Origin: Sphingomonadales bacterium
Lineage (GTDB): Bacteria > Pseudomonadota > Alphaproteobacteria > Sphingomonadales > Sphingomonadaceae
Length of the DNA stretch: 46,956 nucleotides
NCBI GenBank assembly: GCA_040255765.1
Contig: JBDZVP010000004.1
Span: forward strand, 1 to 46,956
Direction: 5' to 3'
Position numbers and translations under genes: made by a program
Notes under the pieces: model-generated
What the model saw: only the letters and a program-made list of their open reading frames with translations
The model's database searches: none
What the model was told of the DNA's origin: nothing
Shown here: piece by piece, positions 10,404 to 20,212 of the stretch
Position numbering within the stretch: position 1 is the stretch's first letter
Layout: the number at the start of each line of letters is the position of its first letter

Positions 10404-11522
10404 ATGACGTCACTTTGGAAAGGTGCCGGACTCGCGCTCGCGCTTGCCGGACTGACCCAGGTCGGCGCGGCCGCAATCAAGTCGGCGGACTCCGCACGTC
10501 CCGCGAAAGTCGCGGCCAAAGCGGAAAAGAAGGCCTCCAGGCCAGCGGCGAAGCCCGTGCGGGCGGTTCCCGCGCCCAAATATCTGAGCAATCGCGTCGA
10601 TGAGCTTGGCAAGGCCTTCAATGGCCAGGTCGGGATCGCCGTGAAGTCCGTGGATTCGGGCTGGGAGACCGGCTGGAAGGACCACGCTCTCTATCCTCAG
10701 CAGAGCGTGTCGAAACTGTGGGTCGCGATTACCGCGCTGGATGCCGCGGACCGGGGCAAGGTGAGCATGGATGACAAGGTCACGCTGACCAAGGCCGACC
10801 TGACCGTATTCCACCAGCCGATCCGCGATGAAATCCTGAAGAACGGCAGCTATACGACGACCCTGGACGATCTGATGGTTCGCCAGATCACCACCAGTGA
10901 CAATACCGCCAACGACAAGCTCATGGAGGTGGTCGGGGGCTATAAGGCCGTCCGGGCGGTGATCGAACGCAAGAAGCTCGGCGCGATCCGCTTCTCCCAG
11001 GGCGAACGCGTGATGCAGAGCAAGATTGCCGGGTTGGAATGGTCGCCGCGCTTTTCAATCGGCGACGCTTTCTGGACCGCGCGTGAGAAGCTTCCCATCA
11101 AGAAGCGAAGTGCCGCCTTCGCTCAGTATATCGCCGACCCCTATGACGGCGCGGCCCCGAGCGCGATCGTCAACGCCCTCGCCAAGCTGAAAAAGGGCGA
11201 TCTCCTGTCGCCGAAATCCACGGCTCGATTGCTCGACATCATGGGCAACACCCGCACCGGACCGAACCGGCTCAAGGGCGGCCTGGCGCCGGGTTGGACG
11301 TTGAGCCACAAGACGGGCACCGGCCAGGTGCTCGGCGGTGTGCAGGCCGGCTATAACGATGTCGGCATCCTCACCGCGCCCGACGGCACCAGCTATACGG
11401 TCGCCGTGATGATTAAGAAGACGGCGACTCCGCTGAGCGTCCGGATGACCTTGATGAACAATGTCGTCGCGGCCGTGATCCGCCAGCACGACATGCTGAA
11501 GGACAAGAGCTACGCCCCCTGA
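10404..11522 (+). CDS. Secreted class A beta-lactamase-like serine hydrolase
   Basis: Signal peptide, SVSK (SxxK), SDN, HKTGT; GAAGG SD before ATG 10404. Confidence 0.85.
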   Translation: MTSLWKGAGLALALAGLTQVGAAAIKSADSARPAKVAAKAEKKASRPAAKPVRAVPAPKYLSNRVDELGKAFNGQVGIAVKSVDSGWETGWKDHALYPQQSVSKLWVAITALDAADRGKVSMDDKVTLTKADLTVFHQPIRDEILKNGSYTTTLDDLMVRQITTSDNTANDKLMEVVGGYKAVRAVIERKKLGAIRFSQGERVMQSKIAGLEWSPRFSIGDAFWTAREKLPIKKRSAAFAQYIADPYDGAAPSAIVNALAKLKKGDLLSPKSTARLLDIMGNTRTGPNRLKGGLAPGWTLSHKTGTGQVLGGVQAGYNDVGILTAPDGTSYTVAVMIKKTATPLSVRMTLMNNVVAAVIRQHDMLKDKSYAP

Positions 11523-11553
11523 CGCTGTAAGCCCGGCGCTTCGGCTCGCGAGC

Positions 11554-12144
11554 ATGGCCGGAGTGCAGAAGGTGCCGAGCGCGAAGCTGGACCTGTTCGT
11601 CCTCCGGGGTTTCCTGGATTCCACAACCTGCGTGGGCCTGATCGAGAGGATCGACGCCCGCCGCCGCCCGTCGGAGATCGCCGACGATATCGGGGTCGAG
11701 AATTATCGGACCAGCGAGACCTGCGATCTAGACTGGCGCGACCCGTTCGTCGCTGAGGTCGATCGGAAAATCGCCGCCTTGCTCGGCCTGGACCTCGCCG
11801 CGAGCGAACCTCTTCAGGGTCAGCGTTATGGTCCCGGCCAGGAGTTCAAGCCGCACACCGACACCTTCGAGCCAGGCGGCTACGATTACCATGTTCACAC
11901 CGCCGACCGCGGTCAGCGCACCTGGACGGCGATGGTGTACCTGAATGCGGTGGAGGACGGCGGAGCGACCCGGTTCAAGGCCGTCGGCAAGACGATCCAG
12001 CCGGAGGCCGGCAAGCTGGTTGCCTGGAACAACCTCGCACCCGACGGTCAACCCAATCCTGCCACCATGCACCAAGGAATGAAGGTCCGGCGGGGAGTCA
12101 AATATATCGTCACCAAGTGGTTCCGTGCGCGGTCAGGCAGCTGA
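11554..12144 (+). CDS. 2OG-Fe(II) oxygenase, prolyl-4-hydroxylase-like
   Basis: RTS, HTD (HxD), YLN..GGAT.F, H, K.I.TKW. Confidence 0.9.
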   Translation: MAGVQKVPSAKLDLFVLRGFLDSTTCVGLIERIDARRRPSEIADDIGVENYRTSETCDLDWRDPFVAEVDRKIAALLGLDLAASEPLQGQRYGPGQEFKPHTDTFEPGGYDYHVHTADRGQRTWTAMVYLNAVEDGGATRFKAVGKTIQPEAGKLVAWNNLAPDGQPNPATMHQGMKVRRGVKYIVTKWFRARSGS

Positions 12145-12165
12145 ACCGGGCAGCGGCCGCCTTCG

Positions 12166-12888
12166 CTAAAGGACGTGAACCTCAAGCTTTTCCTCGGCGG
12201 CCGGGGAATAGGGGTCGGGACCGCAGAACGCCTGAATTCTCTCGCGATCGCGAACGAGTATCTGGCGGCCTCGAACTACGAGCCCGTTGTCTGCGAGAAC
12301 CTGGAGGGTTCGGGACAGGGTTTCCGGGGTCATCCCGATTCGCGCCGCGAGGCTTCGCTTGCGCATCGGAAGCTCGGGGACGGGGCTGGAACTCCTGTCG
12401 ACGATCTTGAGGAGGAAGTTTGCAAGCCTTTGCGCGGCGTTGCGCGACTTCAGGTCGAGGACCTGCCGGATCGCGTCCCGGAACTGGCCCGCCATCGCCC
12501 GGCTGAGCTGAATCGCGAATTTCGCCGATCCGGCGGCTTCGGCTCGTACCCGCTCGGCGTCGAGCAGAAGCAGCCGGCAATAGCCGAGCGTTCGTGCCGA
12601 GATGGTGTAGCGTTCGTCGAACAGCACGGCCGCGGGAACGAATACGTCGCCCGAGTTCATCAGCATAACGCCCCATTCGCGTCCGCTTCCGTCGGAGAAA
12701 ATCTCTACGGTGCCGCTGAGGACCAGGTGGAGCTTGTCGGGCTGGTCGCCCTCGTGAAACAGGAGTGTGCCGGGCGGGTAACGCTGGACGCTCGAAAATT
12801 GCAGCAACCGCTCGATTTCGGCTCGACCCAGTCCTGAAAAGAGGGGCAGGCTCGCGATGAAATTCTTGTCTGCAACAACCACAGCCAT
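12166..12888 (-). CDS. Crp/Fnr family transcriptional regulator (FtrB/NnrR-like)
   Basis: cNMP-binding domain plus HTH GMTPETLSR; no FNR Cys cluster. Confidence 0.88.
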   Translation of the reverse strand: MAVVVADKNFIASLPLFSGLGRAEIERLLQFSSVQRYPPGTLLFHEGDQPDKLHLVLSGTVEIFSDGSGREWGVMLMNSGDVFVPAAVLFDERYTISARTLGYCRLLLLDAERVRAEAAGSAKFAIQLSRAMAGQFRDAIRQVLDLKSRNAAQRLANFLLKIVDRSSSPVPELPMRKRSLAARIGMTPETLSRTLQVLADNGLVVRGRQILVRDRERIQAFCGPDPYSPAAEEKLEVHVL

Positions 12889-13072
12889 GCTCTAAAATCC
12901 CGACTCAAACCCTTCGGTTTCACGGCGATACGCCGAACCCGGCAGCAGTGCCAATGCTGGCATAGCCGAGGGTAAGCCGAAGGTCGCGCCGACCGTCGCC
13001 ATGGTGCAGCCGGAGGCGGCAAGAGTCTCGAGGGTTCGTTACAGGCGACCCGGAACCTGCTAATCGCCGGTC

Positions 13073-13828
13073 ATGGCATCGAGGTTCGAGACTTTCGCGT
13101 CGCTTCACCGGCCGGGCGATCCGGTCATCCTCTACAACATCTGGGATCCCGGGAGCGCGAAGGCGGTCGCGGCGGCCGGAGCAAAGGCAATCGCGACTGG
13201 AAGCCACCCGGTCGGCGATGCCTCCGGCTTTGGCGACGGCCAGCAGGTCCCCATCGACTTCGTCATCGACAACGCAAAGCGGATCGTGGGCGCGGTCGAT
13301 CTTCCGGTGACGGTGGATTTCGAGAGCGCCTATTCCGTCGAGGCGGACGAAGCCGGCGCGAACGTCGCCCGCCTGAAAGCTGCGGGAGTCGTCGGCTGCA
13401 ACTTCGAGGACCAGGTGATTGGCGGCCAAGGCCTTCACCCGCTCGACCGCCAGTGCCGGCGAATCCGGGCAATCCGCGATGCCGTCGGCACCGAATTCTT
13501 CATCAACGCCCGGACCGACCTATTCCTGAAGAGCCAGGACTATGACGAGGCGTTGGTCGATGAGACGATCGAGCGCGGCAAGGCGTTCGCGGATTCGGGC
13601 GCAAGCGGATTCTTCGTTCCGCGCCTGTCGGACTTGAAGCAGGTGGAGCGGGTCGTCCGCGAAGTGCCGTTGCCGCTCAACCTCATCGCCTTCCCCGGTG
13701 CACCGTCCAACCGTGACTGGGCGAATGCCGGAGTGGCGCGGATCAGCTATGGGCCGTTTCCGCTCCGCGAGCTGATGAAACAGTTCGAAGAAGCGGCGCG
13801 GGCGGCTTTTGCCACGCTCCATGGCTGA
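13073..13828 (+). CDS. Isocitrate lyase/PEP mutase family protein
   Basis: NIWD.GSA, TVDFE, NFEDQ, INARTD, G.SGFFVP. Confidence 0.88.
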   Translation: MASRFETFASLHRPGDPVILYNIWDPGSAKAVAAAGAKAIATGSHPVGDASGFGDGQQVPIDFVIDNAKRIVGAVDLPVTVDFESAYSVEADEAGANVARLKAAGVVGCNFEDQVIGGQGLHPLDRQCRRIRAIRDAVGTEFFINARTDLFLKSQDYDEALVDETIERGKAFADSGASGFFVPRLSDLKQVERVVREVPLPLNLIAFPGAPSNRDWANAGVARISYGPFPLRELMKQFEEAARAAFATLHG

Positions 13829-14096
13829 ACCGGCGCGCCGGGTCCGGGTGACCGGGCGCGTGCAAGGCGTCTTCTTCCGTGCCTGGACCCAACAGCAAGC
13901 GCACGAGCTTGGCGTCAGCGGCTGGATCCGGAACGCCGACGACGGTTCCGTCGAGGCGCAGCTCGAAGGCGACGAAGCGGCCGTGAAGGCGCTGATCCAG
14001 CGAATGCACGAGGGGCCGCCGTCGGCGCGGGTAGATGGGGTGACAGTCGAAGAGGCCGGGGCGGAAGGCGTCGACGGCTTTGCCGTTCGGCACTAG
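13821..14096 (+). CDS. acyP: Acylphosphatase
   Basis: [26 protein letters not shown]. Confidence 0.93.
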   Translation: MAEPARRVRVTGRVQGVFFRAWTQQQAHELGVSGWIRNADDGSVEAQLEGDEAAVKALIQRMHEGPPSARVDGVTVEEAGAEGVDGFAVRH

Positions 14097-15382
14097 CCGG
14101 CGAAGGGGTCCCTGACGAGGATCGTGTCGTCGCGTTCCGGCGACGTCGAAACCAGCGCTACCGGGCAGCGGATCAGCTCTTCGATTCGGCGGACGTACTT
14201 GATCGCGCGCGCGGGGAGGTCGACCCAGCTCCGGGCCCCCTGCGTCGATTCCTGCCAGCCCTTGATCTCCTCATAGACCGGCTCGACCCGCGCCTGGTCG
14301 GCGGGATGCGGCGGGAGATAATCGAGCTTCTTCCCATCGAGCCTGTAGCCGGTGCAGACCTTCACGGTTTCCAGGGTATCGAGAACGTCGAGCTTGGTGA
14401 GCGCGATTCCCGTAATCCCGCCGACCGCGACCGCCTGGCGGACGAGCACTGCGTCGAACCAGCCGCAGCGGCGCTGGCGGCCGGTCACGGTGCCGAACTC
14501 GCGGCCGCGCGTGCCCAGCTCCTGCCCGATTGCATTGTCCTGCTCGGTCGGGAAGGGACCGGAGCCGACGCGCGTCGTGTAGGCCTTGGTGATGCCAAGG
14601 ACGAAGCCGGCGGCGTGGGGGCCGGTGCCGCTTCCCGCCGCGATGGTTCCGGCGACCGTGTTCGACGAGGTGACGAACGGATAGGTACCGTGATCGACGT
14701 CGAGGAGCACGCCCTGAGCGCCTTCGAACAGGATCCTTTTGCCGCGACGGAGCGCCTTGTCGAGGTCGCGCCACACCGGCTTTGCGAAGGGAAGGACGAA
14801 ATCCGCGATCTCCGCGAGGTCGGCAAGCAGGCGCTTGCGATCGACCGGTGGCTCGCCAAAGCCCGCGCGCAGGGCGTCGTGGTGGGCGCAGAGGCGATCG
14901 AGCACCGGTTCCAGCTCATCGAGATGAGCAAGATCGCACAAGCGGATCGCGCGCCGGCCGACCTTGTCCTCATACGCCGGACCGATGCCGCGGCGGGTGG
15001 TGCCGATCTTGCCCGCGCCGCTCGCGTCCTCGCGGAGCGCGTCGAGGTCGCGGTGGATGGGGAGGATCAGCGGGCAGGTCTCGGCGATCATCAGCAGGTC
15101 CGGCGTGACTTTGACACCCTGCTCGCGGATTCGCTCGACTTCGGCTTTCAGTGCCCAGGGATCGAGAACGACTCCGTTGCCGATGACGGACGGAGTCCCC
15201 GTGACGATCCCGCTCGGAAGCAGCGACAGCTTATAAGTCGTGCCTTCGACGACGAGGGTGTGACCGGCGTTGTGCCCGCCCTGGAAGCGGACGACCATGT
15301 CGGCTCGGCTCGCCAGCCAGTCGACGATCTTTCCCTTGCCTTCGTCGCCCCACTGGGCGCCGATGACGGTGACGTTGGCCAC
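14093..15382 (-). CDS. purA: Adenylosuccinate synthetase
   Basis: [44 protein letters not shown]. Confidence 0.99.
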   Translation of the reverse strand: MANVTVIGAQWGDEGKGKIVDWLASRADMVVRFQGGHNAGHTLVVEGTTYKLSLLPSGIVTGTPSVIGNGVVLDPWALKAEVERIREQGVKVTPDLLMIAETCPLILPIHRDLDALREDASGAGKIGTTRRGIGPAYEDKVGRRAIRLCDLAHLDELEPVLDRLCAHHDALRAGFGEPPVDRKRLLADLAEIADFVLPFAKPVWRDLDKALRRGKRILFEGAQGVLLDVDHGTYPFVTSSNTVAGTIAAGSGTGPHAAGFVLGITKAYTTRVGSGPFPTEQDNAIGQELGTRGREFGTVTGRQRRCGWFDAVLVRQAVAVGGITGIALTKLDVLDTLETVKVCTGYRLDGKKLDYLPPHPADQARVEPVYEEIKGWQESTQGARSWVDLPARAIKYVRRIEELIRCPVALVSTSPERDDTILVRDPFAG

Positions 15383-15484
15383 GAATAAGTCCTCTTTTCG
15401 GCTGTCCGCGAGCCTCTACGGGCAAGGGCGCTGCGCGTCCAGCGCCCGGCCGTTGAAACGAACCGGGCGAACTGCAGTTGAGGC

Positions 15485-16405
15485 GTGGTGGCCGAAGATA
15501 CCTCCCGAACCGCGATCATCGCGGCGCTCATCGGAAACCTGCTGATTGCTGTGACGAAGGGCATTGCCGCGCTGTTCACGGGAAGCTCGGCGATGACGAG
15601 CGAGGCGGTCCACTCTCTGGTCGATACGGGCAACGAAATCCTCCTCCTTTACGGCCAGCACCGCGCCGCCAAGCCGCCGGACGAGGAGCATCCGTTCGGG
15701 TACGGCCGCGAACTCTATTTCTGGTGCTTCGTCGTCGCGCTCCTGATCTTTGCCGTCGGCGCGGGCGTGTCGGTTTATGAGGGCATCATCCACATCCGCC
15801 ATCCCGAGCCGATCGAGCAGGTGTGGATCAACTTCGTCGTGCTGGGACTCGCTTTCGTCTTCGAAAGCGTTTCCTGGTGGTTCGGCTGGAAGACGTTTGC
15901 CCGCGTTCGCGAGTCGCGGCCGATCTGGGCGACGGTCGTGGCAAGCAAGGACCCGACGTCGTTCATCGTCCTGTTCGAAGATTCGGCAGCGCTGATCGGG
16001 ATCGTCATCGCGGCGATCGCGACCTTTCTGTCATGGAAGCTCGGGCTGCCCTGGATCGACGGAACGGGATCGATCCTGATCGGCGTGGTGCTTGCCATGG
16101 TTTCCGTGCTCCTCGCCCGCGAAAGCAAGGAATTGCTCATCGGCGAGCGGGCCTCCCCGAGGCTGACCGGCGACCTGCGCAAGACGGTGGAGGCCGATCC
16201 CTGCGTGCTCGCTGTGGTCGACATCACCACCACCCAGATGGCACCCGACCAGGTCATCGCCGCCCTGTCGGTGGAGATCGATCAGTCGCTTAAAGTGCCG
16301 CAGGTCGAAAGGCTGATCCGGCGGATCGAGAAGGGCATGCACGCCCGCTTCCCGCAACTGTTCCGGGTTTTCATCCGGCCCGTCTCGCCCAGGGAAAAGG
16401 CTTAG
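15485..16405 (+). CDS. Cation diffusion facilitator family transporter
   Basis: EAVHSLVD, PDEEHPFGYGR, ED in TM5, six TM segments plus C-terminal domain. Confidence 0.9.
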   Translation: MVAEDTSRTAIIAALIGNLLIAVTKGIAALFTGSSAMTSEAVHSLVDTGNEILLLYGQHRAAKPPDEEHPFGYGRELYFWCFVVALLIFAVGAGVSVYEGIIHIRHPEPIEQVWINFVVLGLAFVFESVSWWFGWKTFARVRESRPIWATVVASKDPTSFIVLFEDSAALIGIVIAAIATFLSWKLGLPWIDGTGSILIGVVLAMVSVLLARESKELLIGERASPRLTGDLRKTVEADPCVLAVVDITTTQMAPDQVIAALSVEIDQSLKVPQVERLIRRIEKGMHARFPQLFRVFIRPVSPREKA

Positions 16406-17055
16406 CGGCCTTTGCGCGCCGCTGCCCGAGCGTCGCCGATTTCTCCCTTCAGACCCGCATAATCGAAGGCTCCGTCGGCAAGCTTGTCGCCGACGATAAA
16501 CGCCGGAGTGCCGGAAATTCCGGCAGCCTCGGATAGCCGCACATTCATCTCGATCTGCGCGTCGATCTTCGCCTTGTTGGCAGCGAGGTCCTTTTGAAGG
16601 CGAGCCCAGTTCACGCCGGCCTTGTTCGCTGCTTCGCGGATCGCGGCGTCGGTGAGGCGGCCCTTCGTGCGCATCAACGCAAGGTGGAACGCCTCGTGCT
16701 TGCCCTGGAATTGCGAAGCGATCGCGAGCCGGGCGGCAGCCTCCGACTGCGCCCCGAAGATGGGTGTGTCGCGGTAGATGACCCGGACCTTCGGCTCTTC
16801 CGAAAACACCTTCGCATATTCGTCGGTGTGCGCCTTGCAGACCGGGCATTGGTAATCGACGAAATAAACGACGGTGACATCGTAGGCGCCCTTCGAGCGG
16901 ACCGGCGCCAGATGCGGTTTAAAAAAATCCGCCTTGGTAATCTCAGCGGCGGAGGCGGCGGCCGGGAAGACGACCGCACCGATCAGCGGAGCGGAAGCAA
17001 GGCCAAGCATCAGTGCTGCGAACCCGAATGCGCCTCGGCGTTTGTAACTGGAAAT
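16402..17055 (-). CDS. DsbA/thioredoxin-fold protein; proposed ATT start at 17055 (first ATG at 17010)
   Basis: DYQCPVC (CxxC), GTPAF; in-frame extension SYKRRGAF... behind an AGGAG SD. Confidence 0.85.
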   Translation of the reverse strand: MSSYKRRGAFGFAALMLGLASAPLIGAVVFPAAASAAEITKADFFKPHLAPVRSKGAYDVTVVYFVDYQCPVCKAHTDEYAKVFSEEPKVRVIYRDTPIFGAQSEAAARLAIASQFQGKHEAFHLALMRTKGRLTDAAIREAANKAGVNWARLQKDLAANKAKIDAQIEMNVRLSEAAGISGTPAFIVGDKLADGAFDYAGLKGEIGDARAAARKGR

Positions 17056-17144
17056 GATGAGCTCCTGAAACTGTTCTCTACCCAGCTATTGACGCGAGCC
17101 GGAGAGGTCAAAGGCGATCGTCGCCCAAAACAACCGTTCCGTCC

Positions 17145-18734
17145 TCAGAAACTCAATGGAACGACTTCACGCACCCCCGGAAGTTGCTTGAGCTCGGCCG
17201 CGATTTCCGGGGTGATCGGATCGTCGACCGACACCAGTGCAACGGCTTCCCCGCCTTCCTGGCGCCGGCCGAGGTTGAAGGTCGCAATATTGACCTTGTG
17301 CTTGCCGAGCGCGGTTCCGAGGGCGCCGATGAAGCCGGGCTCGTCGCTGTTGACGATGTGGATCATCTGTCCTGCAAGATCGGCCTCGACCCCGATTCCG
17401 AAGATGGAGACGAGGCGCGGCGCGCTCTTCCCGAACAAGGTGCCTTCGACACGCCTGGGGCCGTCGCCGGTGCCTACGGTTACGGCGACGAGCGTGTGAT
17501 AATCGCCCTCGCGCTCCGTCCGGATTTCGCGAACGTCGAGCCCGCGCTCTTTCGCAAGATAGGGCGCGTTGACCATGTTCACCGTGTCCGACCAGGTGCC
17601 CATTACGCCGGCAAGCACGGCGCCGCTGATCGGCTTGATGTTGAGGCCGGCAGCGGCGCCTTCGACCTCGATGTCGATCGAACGGATGTCGGGCCCCACG
17701 ACCTGCCCGACGAGGCGCCCGAGCTTTTCGGCAAGCGCCATGTAGGGGCGCAGGCGCGGCGCTTCCTCGGCCGACAGCGACGGCACGTTCACCGCGTTGG
17801 TGATCCCGCCTAGCAGAAGGAAGTCCGCCATCTGCTCGGCGACCTGGATGGCGACATTGACCTGTGCTTCGGTGGTCGAAGCCCCCAGATGCGGCGTGCA
17901 GATCAGGCCGGGGGTGCCGAACAGCGCATTCTCCTTCGCGGGTTCCTGGCTGAAGACGTCGAGTGCCGCGCCGGCGACGTGGCCGCTTTCGAGCCCCTCC
18001 TTCAGCGCCGCCTCGTCGATCAGGCCGCCACGCGCGCAATTGACGATGCGTACACCCGGCTTCGTCTTGGCAAGCGCTTCGCGGGAGAGGATTCCGCGGG
18101 TCTGGTCTGTGAGCGGCGTGTGGAGGGTGATGAAGTCGGCTCGGGCCAGGAGCTCGTCCAGCTCGACCTTGTCGACGCCAAGCTCGACCGATCGCTCGGG
18201 GGACAGGAAGGGATCGTAGGCGACGACCTTCATCTTCAGGCCATGGGCGCGGTCGGCGACGATCGAGCCGATGTTTCCGCAGCCGATCAGGCCGAGGGTC
18301 TTTCCGGCCAATTCGACGCCCATGAACCGGCTCTTCTCCCATTTGCCGGACTGGGTGGACTGGTCTGCCTGCGGGATTTCGCGGGCGAGGGCGAACAGCA
18401 TCGCGATGGCATGCTCGGCGGTGGTGATCGAATTTCCGAACGGCGTGTTCATGACGACGATTCCGCGCGCGGAGGCGGCGGGTACGTCGATCGTGTCGAC
18501 CCCGATCCCGGCACGTCCGATCACCTTCAGGCGCGGGCGGGCGGCGTCCATGATCGGCGCGGTGACTTTCGTCGAGCTTCGGACGGCGAGGCCGTCGTAA
18601 TTGCCGATGATCGCCTTCAATTCCTCGGGCGTGAGGCCGGGCTGCTCGTCGACGTGAATCCCGCGGTCGCGGAAGATGGCGGCGGCGCGGGGGTCCATCT
18701 TGTCGGCGATGAGGACCTTTATCTGCTCGGTCAT
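17145..18734 (-). CDS. serA: D-3-phosphoglycerate dehydrogenase
   Basis: GRAGIGVD, TAEHA, GCGNIG, NCARGG, TPHLGAST, C-terminal ACT domain; ATG 18734 overlaps the serC stop. Confidence 0.97.
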   Translation of the reverse strand: MTEQIKVLIADKMDPRAAAIFRDRGIHVDEQPGLTPEELKAIIGNYDGLAVRSSTKVTAPIMDAARPRLKVIGRAGIGVDTIDVPAASARGIVVMNTPFGNSITTAEHAIAMLFALAREIPQADQSTQSGKWEKSRFMGVELAGKTLGLIGCGNIGSIVADRAHGLKMKVVAYDPFLSPERSVELGVDKVELDELLARADFITLHTPLTDQTRGILSREALAKTKPGVRIVNCARGGLIDEAALKEGLESGHVAGAALDVFSQEPAKENALFGTPGLICTPHLGASTTEAQVNVAIQVAEQMADFLLLGGITNAVNVPSLSAEEAPRLRPYMALAEKLGRLVGQVVGPDIRSIDIEVEGAAAGLNIKPISGAVLAGVMGTWSDTVNMVNAPYLAKERGLDVREIRTEREGDYHTLVAVTVGTGDGPRRVEGTLFGKSAPRLVSIFGIGVEADLAGQMIHIVNSDEPGFIGALGTALGKHKVNIATFNLGRRQEGGEAVALVSVDDPITPEIAAELKQLPGVREVVPLSF

Positions 18735-19861
18735 TTTGTATTCTCCCACGCCCAGTCGAGCCACGGCGTGAGCGCCTCGATGTCGGCCGTTTCGACTGTC
18801 GCTCCGCACCAGATTCGCAAGCCCGGCGGCGCATCGCGGTAAGCGCCGAGATCGTAGGCCGCGTCCTCGTTCTCGAGCAGCTTCACCATCGCCTTCTGGC
18901 GCGCCTTGTTCGCCTCCTCATCGGAGCGATCGGCGAATTGCAGGCAGACGGAGGTGTTCGAGCGGATCGCCGGATCGGCGGCGAGATGCCCAACCCATGA
19001 GGATTGGGAGACCCAGCGATCGAGCGCGGCGGCATTGGCGTCGGCGCGCGCGACCAGCGCGGGCAGGCTGCCGACGCTTTCCGCCCAATCGAGGCAAAGA
19101 AGCCAATCCTCGACGGCGAGCATCGACGGCGTGTTGATCGTCTCGCCCCTGAAAATCCCTTCGATGAGCTTGCCGGCCTTGGTGAGGCGGAAAATTTTGG
19201 GGAGCGCGCGCGCCGGACCGGCTTCGAGCCGTTCGACGGCGCGGGGGGACAGCACCAGCATCCCGTGCGCCGCCTCTCCGCCGAGCGCTTTCTGCCAGCT
19301 GAAAGTGCCGACATCGACCTTCGCCCAATCGATATCCTGGGCGAACGCTGCCGACGTGGCGTCGCAGATGGAAAGTCCGGTCCGATCCGAAGCGATCCAG
19401 CTCGCGTCGGGAACGCGGACCCCACTGGTCGTTCCGTTCCAGGTGAAGACAATGTCGTTCGCCGGGTCGATTCCGGAGAGGTCCGCGATCTCGCCGTAAC
19501 CGGCGGTCCGGATGTCCGCGTCGAGCTTGAGCTGCTTTGCGACATCGGTGACCCAGCCGGCACCGAAGCTTTCCCAGGCGAGCATCGTCACTGGCCGCGT
19601 TCCGAGAAGCGACCAGATTGCCATCTCCATCGCGCCAGTGTCCGAGGCCGGGACGATCCCGAGCCGGTAATCGGAGGGCAGCCGAAGAAGGGCGTGAGTT
19701 CGCTCGATCGCCTCCTGCAACCGCGCTTTGCCGAGCGTCGAACGGTGCGACCGCCCAAGCGACCGGGTGTCGATCCTGTCGATCGACCAGCCGGGCGGCT
19801 TGGGGCAGGGGCCGGAGGAAAAGGAAGGGCGCGCGGGTTTGCGCGCTGGAACGTTCGTCAA
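18731..19861 (-). CDS. serC: Phosphoserine aminotransferase
   Basis: FSSGPC, SDTGA, NGTTSG, DATSA, SWQK, NTP, GLRIWCG; TTG start. Confidence 0.96.
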   Translation of the reverse strand: MTNVPARKPARPSFSSGPCPKPPGWSIDRIDTRSLGRSHRSTLGKARLQEAIERTHALLRLPSDYRLGIVPASDTGAMEMAIWSLLGTRPVTMLAWESFGAGWVTDVAKQLKLDADIRTAGYGEIADLSGIDPANDIVFTWNGTTSGVRVPDASWIASDRTGLSICDATSAAFAQDIDWAKVDVGTFSWQKALGGEAAHGMLVLSPRAVERLEAGPARALPKIFRLTKAGKLIEGIFRGETINTPSMLAVEDWLLCLDWAESVGSLPALVARADANAAALDRWVSQSSWVGHLAADPAIRSNTSVCLQFADRSDEEANKARQKAMVKLLENEDAAYDLGAYRDAPPGLRIWCGATVETADIEALTPWLDWAWENTK

Positions 19862-19863
19862 TG

Positions 19864-19912
19864 TAACTCTCCTCGCAGAGAGCGCGCGCCGCGTTGGGAC
19901 GGCGTGGCCCGC
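19864..19912 (-). ncRNA. serC leader cis-regulatory RNA (alphaproteobacterial serC motif)
   Basis: Minus strand GGGCCA-CGCCG-TCCCAACG-CGGCG...CTCTC-TGCGAG-GAGAG: two hairpins, the second covering the SD, immediately 5' of serC. Confidence 0.75.
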
Positions 19913-20066
19913 TCACCGGTGTAAGGATCGGAGGCGGCTTCGCAACCCCGGGCGAAGATTCGCTGTGGAAAGTTCCAGATTTCGTGGCCGCAACGAGCTG
20001 TTCAGAACGCTTCACCGCGCGTTACGGACGATTCGTCCCGCGACTGCCCGCTTGTAGTTGAATTTG

Positions 20067-20074
20067 TTAACCAT
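20067..20074. promoter_or_regulatory. Possible CtrA half-site TTAACCAT upstream of the M23 peptidase
   Basis: Exact TTAACCAT in an AT-rich intergenic patch. Confidence 0.4.
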
Positions 20075-20212
20075 CCGGAGTGAGTTTCGCCCCCGGCACG
20101 AGCGGGGGGTATTCCGCATGTGCCGTTGGGGCTGGGGAGCTCCTTCATCGACGGACTTTTTTCGACGCGCGGGCGACGTTCGCGCGTGCCGTAGAGATTT
20201 TGGAGCGGATTG

